A stretch of DNA of 20,000 nucleotides, from contig JASANG010003345.1 of NCBI GenBank assembly GCA_030248215.1, positions 488,807 through 508,806 of the forward strand, in the 5' to 3' direction. The position numbers and the translations under genes are program-made. Origin of the DNA: Enoplolaimus lenunculus. Lineage: Eukaryota. This document shows, in pieces, positions 10,349 through 20,000 of the stretch (within the stretch, counting starts at the first letter, position 1; each line of letters starts with the position of its first letter). The notes beneath the pieces are model-generated. The model saw nothing but the letters and a program-made list of their open reading frames with translations. It had not been told where the DNA came from and made no database searches.

Positions 10349-10495
10349 AAAGAAGTGTCGGAAACGAAGCGAGTAACAAGCCAAAGCAATTTTCGTAGCG
10401 TAAAATTAAAAATTTGCAATGGGCCTTAGCATTTCATCGGAAAAATTTTTAGATAGGAGGCCTCCACCCCCCCTAGACACGCGCTTTCATCTTAC

Positions 10496-10683
10496 GGCCA
10501 ATGTAAAGAACAGAGGCGGACCAGTATTATAACCATATCCGTAAGCCAAAAGCCTAAGCCTAAGAATGAGCATATTCCTAAGCCTAAGCCTAAACCTAAG
10601 CCAAGCAAAAATTAGTCTAAATCTTAAGCTTACTCTATTGCAGTCCACAGAAAAACGTTCCGCCCCTGATCTTTACATGGGCC
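10496..10683 (+). mobile_element. GGCC-TIR MITE with decayed 8-bp TSD
   Basis: CATCTTAC|GGCCAATGTAAAGAACAGAGGCGGAC ... GTTCCGCCCCTGATCTTTACATGGGCC|CGTGTTAC (TSD 6/8). Confidence 0.9.
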
Positions 10684-10747
10684 CGTGTTACCAATGATTA
10701 CAAAAAAATAAAACCGTTGTGCTATTAAGATTTGTTTTAAAAACTAC

Positions 10748-10894
10748 CTTATCAGGCGTGCTTCGGTAGCCGCTAGCTGCGCTTTCATTGCGATATGAGT
10801 TTTGTGGTTCAAATATGGTCTGACTGCATGGCTCTTGAACAAAATAACTATTATCGGCAACAGATACGGCGATGACGTTACACTTCAAAGAAGC
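10748..10894 (-). CDS. Exon H (ASLKCNV...SYRNESAASGYRSTPDK); 5' boundary uncertain
   Basis: Donor AAG|GTAGTT (phase 0) matches the next exon. Acceptor is either CTTAG|GCT (10894, phase 0) or TTGTTCAAG|AG (10833, phase 1). Confidence 0.65.
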
Positions 10895-11115
10895 CTAAGT
10901 TCTTTGTACAGGCACAAATTATTGAAGAATTAAATTGAATTTAAAATCCCTATCAATTTTACAGTTACTTTGCTACTGGTTTAATTTCAAACACGTTTCA
11001 CAATGACATAAGTAGCGTCACAACCACAAATCTTCATTCGACGAGCAAAAAAAATTTTCAGAGATGACAATGAAAATATTCCTAAAATAAAAGACTTTTT
11101 AATGAATTTGAAAAC

Positions 11116-11186
11116 ATTTTTGGCCAGGAGGGGGCGAAGTTTTTTTATAGGAAAATTCCACTCGTTCGCCCCATGCCAACTGGACT
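11116..11186 (-). CDS. Tentative small exon (ESSWHGANEWNFPIKKLRPLLAKN) reconciling phase between exons G and H
   Basis: Acceptor CCTTGTGCTCAG|AG (phase 1) after a 59-nt intron. Weak donor AAT|GTTTTC (phase 0). Confidence 0.4.
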
Positions 11187-11245
11187 CTGAGCACAAGGCA
11201 TAGAATAAGTCGCACAATATTAAGAATTTGTAAATTATCGTTTAC

Positions 11246-11405
11246 CTTGAAGTTGATCAAGATATGTTTCATGACTTTTTAAACCAGTGTCACACCTAAA
11301 CGCATCGTGAGTTGAACCAAACTGTTGAGCCTGATTTTGAGCAGCAAGTGTTTCATGAAATCGTGCCAGATCGCTATAGTTGATGGCGACATCTTCTTCG
11401 AACAC
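11246..11405 (-). CDS. Exon G (VFEEDVAINYSDLARFHETL...YLDQLQ)
   Basis: Acceptor TTTAATAG|GTG, donor AAG|GTAAAC. Only one frame is open (phase 0-1). Too short to appear in the ORF track. Confidence 0.8.
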
Positions 11406-11917
11406 CTATTAAATTGGCAAATAAAATCGAGCAAGGATTTTAAGCAGTTTTAAAATACGCCCGCGCGTTATATGACCACTTCCATATGAAGCGATATTTG
11501 ATACGGCTCAGCCGAAATAAGAAGTAACACAAGCATTAACGGATGTAAAAAAATTTTTTACGAGTGTCAGCTTCGGTTAAACAATGACGTATTAAAAGTA
11601 TCAGTCTAGGTAGAGACCGGGACTTCAGATCTTTCTACTAAGCAGCTGGTAAAGCGGGTTACGGGTGGTTTCTAACTAGCGATCTATGCGCATTGCAGAT
11701 ATGCACCAGGACAAGCATGTCTCATATGCTTACAAAAAGCCCCGGAGATAACGTAAGCGAGAAGCCATACGTAATTGCAGAACTAAATCTTCATGCAAAA
11801 TATTAATTTTAAGCCTTGTTGTTAGGGTCATGACTCGGTTCGTCCTTCTTTAGATTCGCCAATGGAAAGCAAAAATAAACTCTGTTTCTAAAATGTGTCA
11901 AAATTCTATTTGATTAC

Positions 11918-12121
11918 TGTTTCCATTGCTGAACTATTCCCACTGTCTGAGTTCAAAAACCGTTCCACCGGTCGAACTCCTGTGGGTTTGACTGAACGAC
12001 AGTCAATAACAGGAGATGGGGTTGGTTCTGCTCGTTGAGTTGACGTCAACGGGTCTTTGCTGATTGATTTCGATGACGACATTAAACTCGACAACCAACG
12101 TTTTGCGATACCTCCAGATAT
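11918..12121 (-). CDS. Exon F (ISGGIAKRWLSS...NSDSGNSSAMET)
   Basis: Acceptor ATTTTCAG|ATA, donor ACA|GTAATC, 68 codons, phase 0-0. Confidence 0.85.
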
Positions 12122-12206
12122 CTGAAAATGAATTTCAAACCATCAATTGAAATATATCTGTTTTTGTACATGCAGTTATTTTTACAAGGTGAAACAGTAA
12201 CAACAA

Positions 12207-12431
12207 CTCAGCGTAGTGTATACTGCACCATTTCGCAGTGCATACCTAATACTACGCGCATACGTAGTATATAAACTCTACAAGACGTGAGAGAGCCCCC
12301 TTCTTGATCGACAGCCAAGCTACTATAGCTGACAGGTCATGGTACATTTCTCTCATTATACTTTCAAAGGATCGAATCCTAGCATTAAACTAGGTGTCCG
12401 ATGAAATAGAAATTATTCATGTAAGAAAGGG
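12207..12431. mobile_element. Second, inverted and truncated copy of the piggyBac-type tRNA-box MITE
   Basis: Reverse-complement similarity to 1299-1530 (CAAGACGTGAGAG, CTATAGCTGA, TCGAATCCTAGCAT). Ends ATGTAAGAAAGGG|GTAA. Confidence 0.75.
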
Positions 12432-12773
12432 GTAATGTAAATATAGATCTGGGCAGAGGTTCAGCCAAGCTATGGTAGACGTGGGATGCCAAAACATACT
12501 ATCTGTACCTGACATCAAATCCCACATTCTCTACGCTTTTAGAAACGAGATAAACTGGAGTCGCTATAATTTTCTTCGCTTAGTTTTTCTATTTAAAGCA
12601 GGAAATATTTTTGGGTCTGTCGATCATAATTTGTTTAGAGTTGATGATAAAATTCGAAACTGATTTTTCTCTCTTCATCAACGCTTAAAAGGGGTACACC
12701 CTGCAATGGAAAGACCGTGAAGCACAACGAAAGGTGGTATATTAACTGTCTCAGAAATTGATCGTGAACTTAC

Positions 12774-13280
12774 CTTATGCTTGTTTGTTTGCTGAACAGA
12801 ATCTACCAAAATGTTCTGAGGTTCAACAGAATGATTTTTGAACGAAGCACTCATTCGGTTGCTGCGTTGTGTTCCAGTATCAGAAGCGCTTTTAGCGTGA
12901 GTTGTCACAACTGCGCTATTATTCAGATCTTTACCGGCACTCGATGAATGATGATTCGCTTGAAAATGAAATTTAGACGAAAGTTTTGGAGTTGTACCAG
13001 ATTTTGGCAGCGCAAATTTTTTGTCTTTGCTCGATTGGTTAATGTCTCTGGTGTCGAGCCGTGATGCAGTTTCATTGGACAACGAGCGAACTGAACGCGT
13101 AGCTGCAACAGCCAATTGCGTTCCAGCATCTGACTCGGTACTTGTATTGTTGCGCGACATAACTGAATAAGGTTCGCCACTGATGCAAGGTTTTGATCCT
13201 GGTAAATGCGTTAAATTGGCGTAATTCTGTTGCCCATAAAGTACTGGTTGTTGTTGTTGTTGTTGTTGGTGTTGTTGTAG

Positions 13281-13327
<47 letters not shown>

Positions 13328-14022
13328 GCTGCTGCTGCTGCTGTTTTTGTTGTTGGTGTTGTTGTAGTTGTTGCAGTTGTGGTTGTTGCAGTTGTTGCTC
13401 TTGCTGCATATGATGCTGTGGTTGTTGGTGTTGTTGTTGTTGTTGATAATATTGTTGATGTGACAGTTGGTTCACTTGTTGAAATGTTTTGTTTTGAGTT
13501 GCGATACGTTGCTCGTCGCTCGTACACGACTCAGCATTCAAATGATTTTGCGCTAAGTTTCGTTGCGCCTCACTTGAGTTACGTTTTGCAAACGAAAACA
13601 GTGACCACCGATGTGTCTGTGCCGTATTGCCGTTTGTAGTCGAAGTCAGAGCTTTTTCAGAGTCAGTACGCTTTGCAGAACTCTGTTGTCTTGGCACTAA
13701 AGGCCCAGCTCTAGATTTGTGCGCTTCATGTTGCCATTGTTGCCATATTGAGTTTCGCTGATCGCCAATGTTGTTGCCTAACAACGGCGCTGAGTTGAGG
13801 TCAAGTCCTTTCGGTCCACGCGTACTATGAGCAACTAATGATGGCATGCTGCTCCGAGTTGAATTCAATTCAACATTCTGAAGTTGATTACAGAGAGTAC
13901 TAGACGCTACATGCCTACTGCCAGGGTTGTCTGATGTTCTACCGCGATAAGGAGGTAAACGTGATCTTTGCGGAGTAACATTTTTTAGGTCAGCAATGGC
14001 ATTTGGATTTAAACTTGACATT

Positions 14023-14089
<67 letters not shown>

Positions 14090-14354
14090 AATTATTGTTA
14101 TTATTAATGATATTGCGCTGTAGCATATTATTCCACTGCGTTGTTGAGCAAGATGACGAAAGCGTCGGAGTTGAACAGTTTGAAACATCGTAAGGTAACG
14201 CGGAGCAGTTATACATAGGTTTCCGCAGAAGAACTCGATAGTCCATTACACTGTCAGATGCTTGCCGACGATCGCTGGGCTGCTCAACGCAGTTCGGAAA
14301 CGTCAGCGGTACTACATCTGACAGGTACTTTGGTTCTGTTCGTAAAAGTTCAAC
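12774..14354 (-). CDS. Exon E (527 codons; poly-N, long poly-Q region, NYANL, YSVM)
   Basis: Acceptor TTTTCAG|GTT lies 36 codons upstream of ORF 12678..14246 and in frame with it. Donor AAG|GTAAGT, phase 0-0. Confidence 0.9.
13248..13445. repeat. Compound (TTG/CTG)n tract encoding the Q-rich region of exon E
   Basis: Direct reading. Confidence 0.95.
14025..14087. repeat. (ATT)21 encoding poly-N in exon E
   Basis: Direct reading. Confidence 0.95.
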
Positions 14355-14964
14355 CTGAAAACATAAGTTGAAATTTGAAACATAAATTCAAACGACATCA
14401 TTCATGAATCAATGATACTGAAACAATCATAATGTGCTATTGTCAATTTGTAATGATTTGTTTAGTATAACCAAGACTGGATGATGTCCACCTTGTAGAA
14501 GAGTGTGCAACTGCTTGGGCTGTGCATGGTACTAAAAATGTATCAGCACGCGTTGCATTTTTATTCGACCTACCCCCTCAATCAGGGGGGGGGTTTAAGC
14601 AAGAGATTAACAATAAAGTATGCTTCAGTACACCTACCCCCCACATTGAAGGGGTGGTCAACTATGTTGTTTAATCACACTAAAGATGTTTGTTCATACA
14701 GACCCTCTAAACAAGGGGGGTAGGCCAAAAACGCAACACGTGCCGGGTACATTCTTTAATATACAGAATATACAGAGTTGCATACTCTTGTTATAAAGAG
14801 TGATCATCCACTCTTGGTATAACTGATGGCAATATTGTGATGAAGACTTAATTTCGCAGCATGCGGTGATGACCGCCACAATTTTGGGGGTCGTAATATT
14901 TTGACTACGTGTTGCAACGATATGGTCTGCACGATTCCTGTTCGAAGTTTTGTCCAAAATTAAA

Positions 14965-15035
14965 GACCATGCCAGGAATCGACTCTCGTCCCTGTTGCAC
15001 TTGAGTGAAGCATGCTACCAGTATATCATGAGGTC
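14965..15035 (-). pseudogene. Degenerate tRNA-like sequence (tRNA pseudogene or SINE head)
   Basis: 71 nt, GACC...GGTC ends, A-box-like TGATATACTGG, B-box-like GAGTCGATTCC. Stems are imperfect. Confidence 0.45.
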
Positions 15036-15281
15036 ATTGCAACAACTTCGGTATTCCGCTATATGTGCCATGTATGTTGTTAATCTTTTTGCTTTTATCA
15101 TTTTACCGTGCGCACGAACCAAATCATAGAAAGGAAAAGTGTCTCAAAAAATCGCAAGGTTCTCATATCTTAGCAATGACTAAACCACATTGCTGTGCAT
15201 ATATCGCCCTTGGTTGCGATTCAACTGTCGCTTTCTTGGTCAACAAGTTCCTCCCGTAAATTTAAAATAAAACCCACAAAC

Positions 15282-15505
15282 CTCAACTCGAATATCAGAA
15301 TCTTCAAGCGGCGAATGAGTCGTCGCATAACTTGTAATGGTGGTTCGTTCGTTTTTCGGGTCAGGAGGAGGCGACGGTGTAACACCAGAACGACCCCGAA
15401 ACCGGTAGCGGCTTCGTGACACGCCATTGTTAGTTCGAACTATCCTGTCATCAGTTGAGCTATTTGTTGCGTTCGACCGCTGACTTGCAACTGCATGAAG
15501 TTCAC
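15282..15505 (-). CDS. Exon D (GELHAVASQ...PSPPPDPK...DIRVE)
   Basis: Acceptor TTTATTTAG|GT, donor GAG|GTTTGT, phase 1-0. Same frame as ORF 15240..15422. Confidence 0.85.
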
Positions 15506-15548
15506 CTAAATAAACGAAAATTTCTCATTTACACTATCACTGTCTCAC

Positions 15549-15644
15549 CTTTTAAGCTTAAAGTTGTTGTACTTGTCTGAGACCAGCAAAGTAGTTTTGG
15601 GACAACAACAACTTTACACATTTTTGTTTGGTGGTTGTTTCTTC
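15549..15644 (-). CDS. Tentative 96-bp symmetric cassette exon (GRNNHQTKMCKVVVVPKLLCWSQTSTTTLSLK)
   Basis: Acceptor CTTTTTCTCATCTCGGCAG|, strong donor AAG|GTGAGA, phase 1-1, open frame. The following intron would be only 43 nt. Confidence 0.5.
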
Positions 15645-16065
15645 CTGCCGAGATGAGAAAAAGATCCTCAAACACGGAGGAAGAACGTGGAACATGAGAA
15701 AAAAAACAGCACAAAGGCAATTCGGGATAAAATCCTGTGATAAAAATTGTGAAAATTGTTGAAAAAACTGTACAATTAAGCAAATATTTTGCTACGCAAC
15801 TATTAATTATTCGATTTTTTCATAATTCAAGGTATGGTGTAGATAAATTGGTAACCGAGTGAGTAACGCAGCTGTTCGCAATAATTTTGTCAACGGTGCC
15901 GCAAAATATTTTATAGACCAGGGCTATCATGACGAAGTCAATTTGAAAACAAGCTGGGCTATCAGGTTTTAGAGTCTTCATCGGAACTCACGATAGCCCT
16001 GATCCAAGCACTCTGAACAAGTTTCACAAAAAGCACAAAATGTGGTTATTTGTACTTTAACGCAA

Positions 16066-16164
16066 TCCGCTTACGCACTCTTATTAGGGATATGGACTTC
16101 TATTTACTGGGACTCAAAATGGGGACCCATTCTTATTACACCCACGCTCTTCGGGTCACTGCAG
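16066..16164 (+). mobile_element. Right-end fragment of Tc1/mariner-type TA MITE
   Basis: Aligns with 17790-17888 and ends TCGGGTCACTGCAG|TA. Confidence 0.75.
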
Positions 16165-16325
16165 TAAACATATATATGGTTTTGCTAGAACACCAGATTG
16201 CATACTAATTTTCATTGATACAATAATTACTTAAGACCAAGTGAATAGTAATAACCTAGCGCTCTAAAACGCTTGTGTTTTATGTATATACTGGTTTGCA
16301 ATATTTTTAACCTAATCGCACGTAC

Positions 16326-17112
16326 CATGCTCAGATTCAGAAGTCGCCGTTGTTGTTGTTGTTGTTGTTGTTGTTGTGGTTGTTGGAGTAGCATTGCGAC
16401 GTTTATGAAGCATTAATTTTCTCGAATTCGATGGAGGGTCTTCCGACCGCTGTCTGAGCCCGTTATGGCGTTTTCGTTCACCAGCAGAATGCATTCCATG
16501 ATGTTGAGCGACTGGGTTACTGTATATCGCGTGCGATTCGTATGGTTGCATTAGTCGCGTTGCGCCGTGTTGTACTGGATTACTATAGAGATGTACAGTT
16601 GCTGCGCGATTTTGTGCTTGTTGCGCTGAGTTGCATTGTTTCGTAATTGGTGACACTGGTTGTTGGGTGAACGATAACGAATGCTGATGTTGCAGTGGGG
16701 GTGGGGACCGGTGTTGCCAAAAAGGAAGGCACGACCCTCCGGGTTCACAAGCGCCGTTTGAGTGCAAAACGCAAACAGGAGGGTAATTCACGTAGTAGTG
16801 GTAGTTGGGCAGAATATGGTTTGCAGAAGGTAATATACAGGGCATGTGCGGGGCGTGTATTTGGTTGTGGAAACCGGAAGATTGATGAACGTTGAACCGG
16901 TTACAGGGCGTTGCGTAGCGAGGAAGACCAGAACTTGCTGACTGGGTTATATTTGTTACTGGATCCTGTGGATTACACGTATACGGATTTCTGATCATTA
17001 TTTCACGATTGCAAGCAGACGGGTGCGGTTGGTGCTGATCGTAAGCTTGTGAGGCAACAATAGCTGCATGTTCACTGTTGCAACAGGATCGATAGTAAGG
17101 ATCGTAAACATG
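16326..17112 (-). CDS. Exon C (HVYDPYY...; His/Pro/Gln-rich, YVN, 2x YSNP, poly-T)
   Basis: Acceptor GATTACAG|CAT is in frame with ORF 16312..16998. Donor CATG|GTACGT, phase 0-1. Confidence 0.85.
16348..16383. repeat. (TGT)n encoding poly-T in exon C
   Basis: Direct reading. Confidence 0.9.
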
Positions 17113-17451
17113 CTGTAATCAATAATAAAATAATCGGTTAAAACAAAACGTGGCAGCTGGAAACAGCGTATCAAATGCCTTCGATTTTTCAAATTGAACC
17201 GTAAATAAGCTGGCACAACGTTATAATTAGTCTCCCGCAACCACGAATTGTTAGTCTACGGGGCAAATATATTTCTCGGGAAGGCAAAGGTTGGTTTTCA
17301 TACCAAAAAATTCTAATGCTGTTGACAAATTTTTCAGCTTAGGAAGGAGAATTGGTTTACTATACCATTTACGCCACGTGGTTGCAGCCTTATATATAAT
17401 TAAAAACAAACCGATCTGCATATTATAACGCTGATTTTAAATTTACACATA

Positions 17452-17888
17452 CTGTAGTGACCCGAATAAGAAGGCGGGACTGATATTTATTTGGCCTTTC
17501 CAGAGGGTACCCCCCTTGTTATTGAGTTACGGACTGTTATATATTTTTAACCCACGCTCTGCCGCCCTTCGTTACTGATATATATCCGGTACTGCAATTA
17601 TCCGTTGAAATTTATCTTGTGTCAATAGCTTTGAGCGATATAATACAAGGTTATACTTAGGAATGTACTTTCAAAATTTAAGTACACTTTAAAGTTTCGA
17701 ACTCAAATTATTTGGTCCTGGAGTCATTTATGCGCTACAATTAGGGTTAATTGACATTGATGGACTCTAATTAGGGTTTAGGGACTCTATCCGCTTATGG
17801 ACTCTTATTACGGATACGGACTCTTATTGATTCGGAGTCAAAATGGGGACCCCCTCTTATTACCCCCCTCTTATTCAGGTCAATACAA
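17452..17888 (+). mobile_element. Full-length Tc1/mariner-type (pogo/Tc2-like) MITE, 437 bp
   Basis: TA|CTGTAGTGACCCGAATAAGAAGG ... CCTCTTATTCAGGTCAATACAA|TA: ~23-bp TIRs and TA TSD. Four other fragments in the window. Confidence 0.85.
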
Positions 17889-18387
17889 TATATCTAGATA
17901 ATATTTCAGAAATTGCATACGCTGCTTGAGTTGTGCTTGTCAAAACCGCAAAAACTGCCAAGGCTTTACAGGTACTAAAGATATTTCTTGATATAAACGC
18001 TGCGCAGACGTAAAACTATTTCAAAACAAATCTTTAGTCTTTATTACACGAATGCCTATAAGTACAAATTTCGAAACGGTATATATATTGAATATTCACC
18101 CAATCAGTACGATGCTTAGGGTAAACGAAAAAGCCCAGGCAAACGTTTTATTTTTAGGCTTAGGCTTAGATAAAGCTTTGCTGAGACCTGAACGAGCGTA
18201 ACTGGAAACCTGTTTAGAAAAATATATAAACGCCAAACGCACCATACACATTACTGTCTCAGTGTACATATAGTTGTCATTCAGCTTTAGCTTATTACAT
18301 AATTCAAAATATACCATTGGTGGATGGTCTAGTACCACTTAAGTAATTTCGATACCCTTTGTTTTTAGTTTCACCTCAAGATTATAC

Positions 18388-18729
18388 CTGATTCATATAA
18401 TCGTGATAATTTGCCGAACGTAATACAGGATTGGCACGTAGGCATCCGCAATATGACGTACCAAACCGCGACGAGTCGTTGAACCGTGGCGGAAGTTCCG
18501 GTGGTATTCCATGTTTGTCATCGGTTTTTAAGCCAAGATAGTTGAAACGATTTGAATCCATTGAACGAGACCGAGGCAATGATGTTTTCTCGAAGCGTGA
18601 TATGTTGTTTGTGGCATTGTGACGCAACTTTCTTGGTTGTTGATAATGTGGCGTGTGATCACAACACAAACACATGTTACTCGCGATAGTTGACGCAGCT
18701 ATTGCGGATGTGAAGTTGGTATCGTGATT
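18388..18729 (-). CDS. Exon B (114 codons; PPELPPR, DYMNQ)
   Basis: Acceptor TTATTTTTCAG|AAT, donor CAG|GTATAA, phase 0-0. Lies within ORF 18382..18750. Confidence 0.85.
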
Positions 18730-18885
18730 CTGAAAAATAAGACATATCAAATTTAGAACAAGTAAATTTACTTGTCAAACTCAATATACTTTTAAACGAA
18801 CAGAGTGGGCAAAATTAGTTGAGCGGTGCTGAATTTCGTTCGTTCTACGTATGTTCATGCTTGGGTCAGTGTAGGTTCCAAAAAT

Positions 18886-18897
18886 AATATATATATA

Positions 18898-18930
<33 letters not shown>

Positions 18931-18971
18931 ATATATATCTATATATTTATATTTTTATAGCTATATATCTA
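18886..18971. repeat. (TA)n / TATATC microsatellite
   Basis: Direct reading. Confidence 0.95.
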
Positions 18972-19392
18972 CAAATCCGTTTGCTTTTAACCAATCGCAG
19001 CGTGTAGAAGATAACTTTAGTCGAGACAGTATTATATATTGCAACGGTATGGTCCAGCCTCCCAATGCGTAGCTAGGAATTAAGTTCGGGAGGGTGTAAT
19101 TTCGTGTAACGGAAAAAGATTTTGACCTATAGAATCCAGAAGGATATTCCGTACACTGTCCAATGTGCATTTTACTATCATATCTATCCATCCCCTCGTA
19201 TACAACCTTAGTCGAGTTAGCAAAAGAGGTTCATACTTGTAAGTAGAACACTTTGCTAAAGGGAGGCTAAATTTGTTAAGAGGGGCATGCAACGGTAGTT
19301 GTTAACTTTTCTAGGTAGGCGCTAAATTCTTTTGGCGGGTTCAGCCTCGCTGCTACCTCTGGCTGCGGGCTCAAAGTATTTAAATCACTTAC

Positions 19393-20000
19393 CTGTTGGT
19401 GCGGCTGTGGTTGCCGTTGTTGAGGCTCATGAGACTGTGTCGTTATTCCTCGTCTTGCTTCAGCAGCGCTCCGAGCACGTCTTCTTAAACGGCGTCGTGG
19501 TCGCTGAGATCGATTCTTGCAAGAAGAATGCTGCTTAAATTGTACGCCAAAGCGACATAAATTGCAAGAACACTTTTCACAAGTCATACATTCGCCTTCG
19601 CAATCGCTAGTAGAGCCATCACTGCTAATATTAGCCTGTTCTGGCGTCACCATGTCATGATTCGCGGATTTGTATCGATTTCTTTGTGCACTGACTGTGT
19701 AATAATTGCAACGATGCTGCCGTGCCTTGAAGTCGTGTGGTGCAACTGCAGTTGCAATGCAACAATTAGCGTTCGCTGTTGTATCGCTTGTTCGCGATTC
19801 GTCGACAACCGTTTCTCGGCGACGAATTCTTCGTGATCGACGACTGCTTCGACAAGACGCTGATCGACGTGGTTCGACAATTCTGGCGATCTGGTTTGTG
19901 CTGTTGTTTATGTTGTTGTGGTTGTTGTTTGTGTTGTTGTTGTTGTTGTTGTTGTTGATGATGCTCTTGTCGTTGTCGTCGTTGTTATGGTTGTTGTTGT
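19393..20000 (-). CDS. Exon A (5' boundary beyond window): poly-N, Arg-rich and Cys-rich low-complexity segment
   Basis: Frame is open from the window edge (NNNHNNDDNDKSIINNN...) into ORF 19276..19653. Donor CAG|GTAAGT at 19393, phase 0. Confidence 0.8.
19901..20000. repeat. Imperfect (GTT)n tract encoding poly-N in exon A
   Basis: Direct reading. Only the AAC frame is open. Confidence 0.9.

Larger units (their letters stand above)
3563..20000 (-). other. Multi-exon gene (5' end outside window): large FRS2/Gab-like RTK docking/adaptor protein
   Basis: Chain of GT-AG exons with matching phases from 20000 down to the stop at 3563. Contains tandem motifs QLNYVQF and INYALINSKRTQAIRSARE, recalled as resembling FRS2 QLNYIQV/LYAVIDIERTAAM and Gab1 VDYVVVDQQKTLALKSTRE, plus several YxN, one YxxM and a PPELPPR motif. 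Family inferred from motifs only. Confidence 0.7.

Noticed and set aside
13072..14193. Poly-V, poly-L and poly-T ORFs (also 3550-4124 on the plus strand)
   Set aside because: Antisense or alternative-frame shadows of stop-poor triplet repeats in real exons.
17113..17255. Extra exon TNNSWLRETNYN upstream of exon C
   Set aside because: The acceptor is plausible, but the only phase-0 donor (AAC|GTTGTG) is weak and exon B joins exon C in frame without it.

Overview
AT-rich animal (probably invertebrate) genomic DNA, not prokaryotic. About 16.4 kb (3563 to beyond 20000, minus strand) is the 3' part of one large multi-exon gene. I can assemble 13 well-supported and 2 tentative GT-AG exons with matching phases, giving roughly 1,900 aa in this window alone. 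The protein is mostly low-complexity and apparently disordered, with poly-Q/N/T tracts and many tyrosine motifs. Near its C-terminus are the tandem motifs QLNYVQF and INYALINSKRTQAIRSARE, which resemble the SHP2-binding pair of FRS2/3 and Gab/DOS receptor-tyrosine-kinase docking proteins. The diagnostic N-terminal PTB/PH domain would lie outside the window, so the family is inferred. Introns and the downstream flank contain many non-autonomous DNA transposons: a cluster of ~190-bp GGCC-ended MITEs with 8-bp target-site duplications (TSDs) and internal TTAGGC telomere-like repeats, a Tc1/mariner-type TA MITE family, a piggyBac-type MITE carrying a tRNA-like Pol III promoter, hAT-like MITEs, and an 815-bp fold-back element. 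I found no CRISPR array, rRNA, intact tRNA or transposase.
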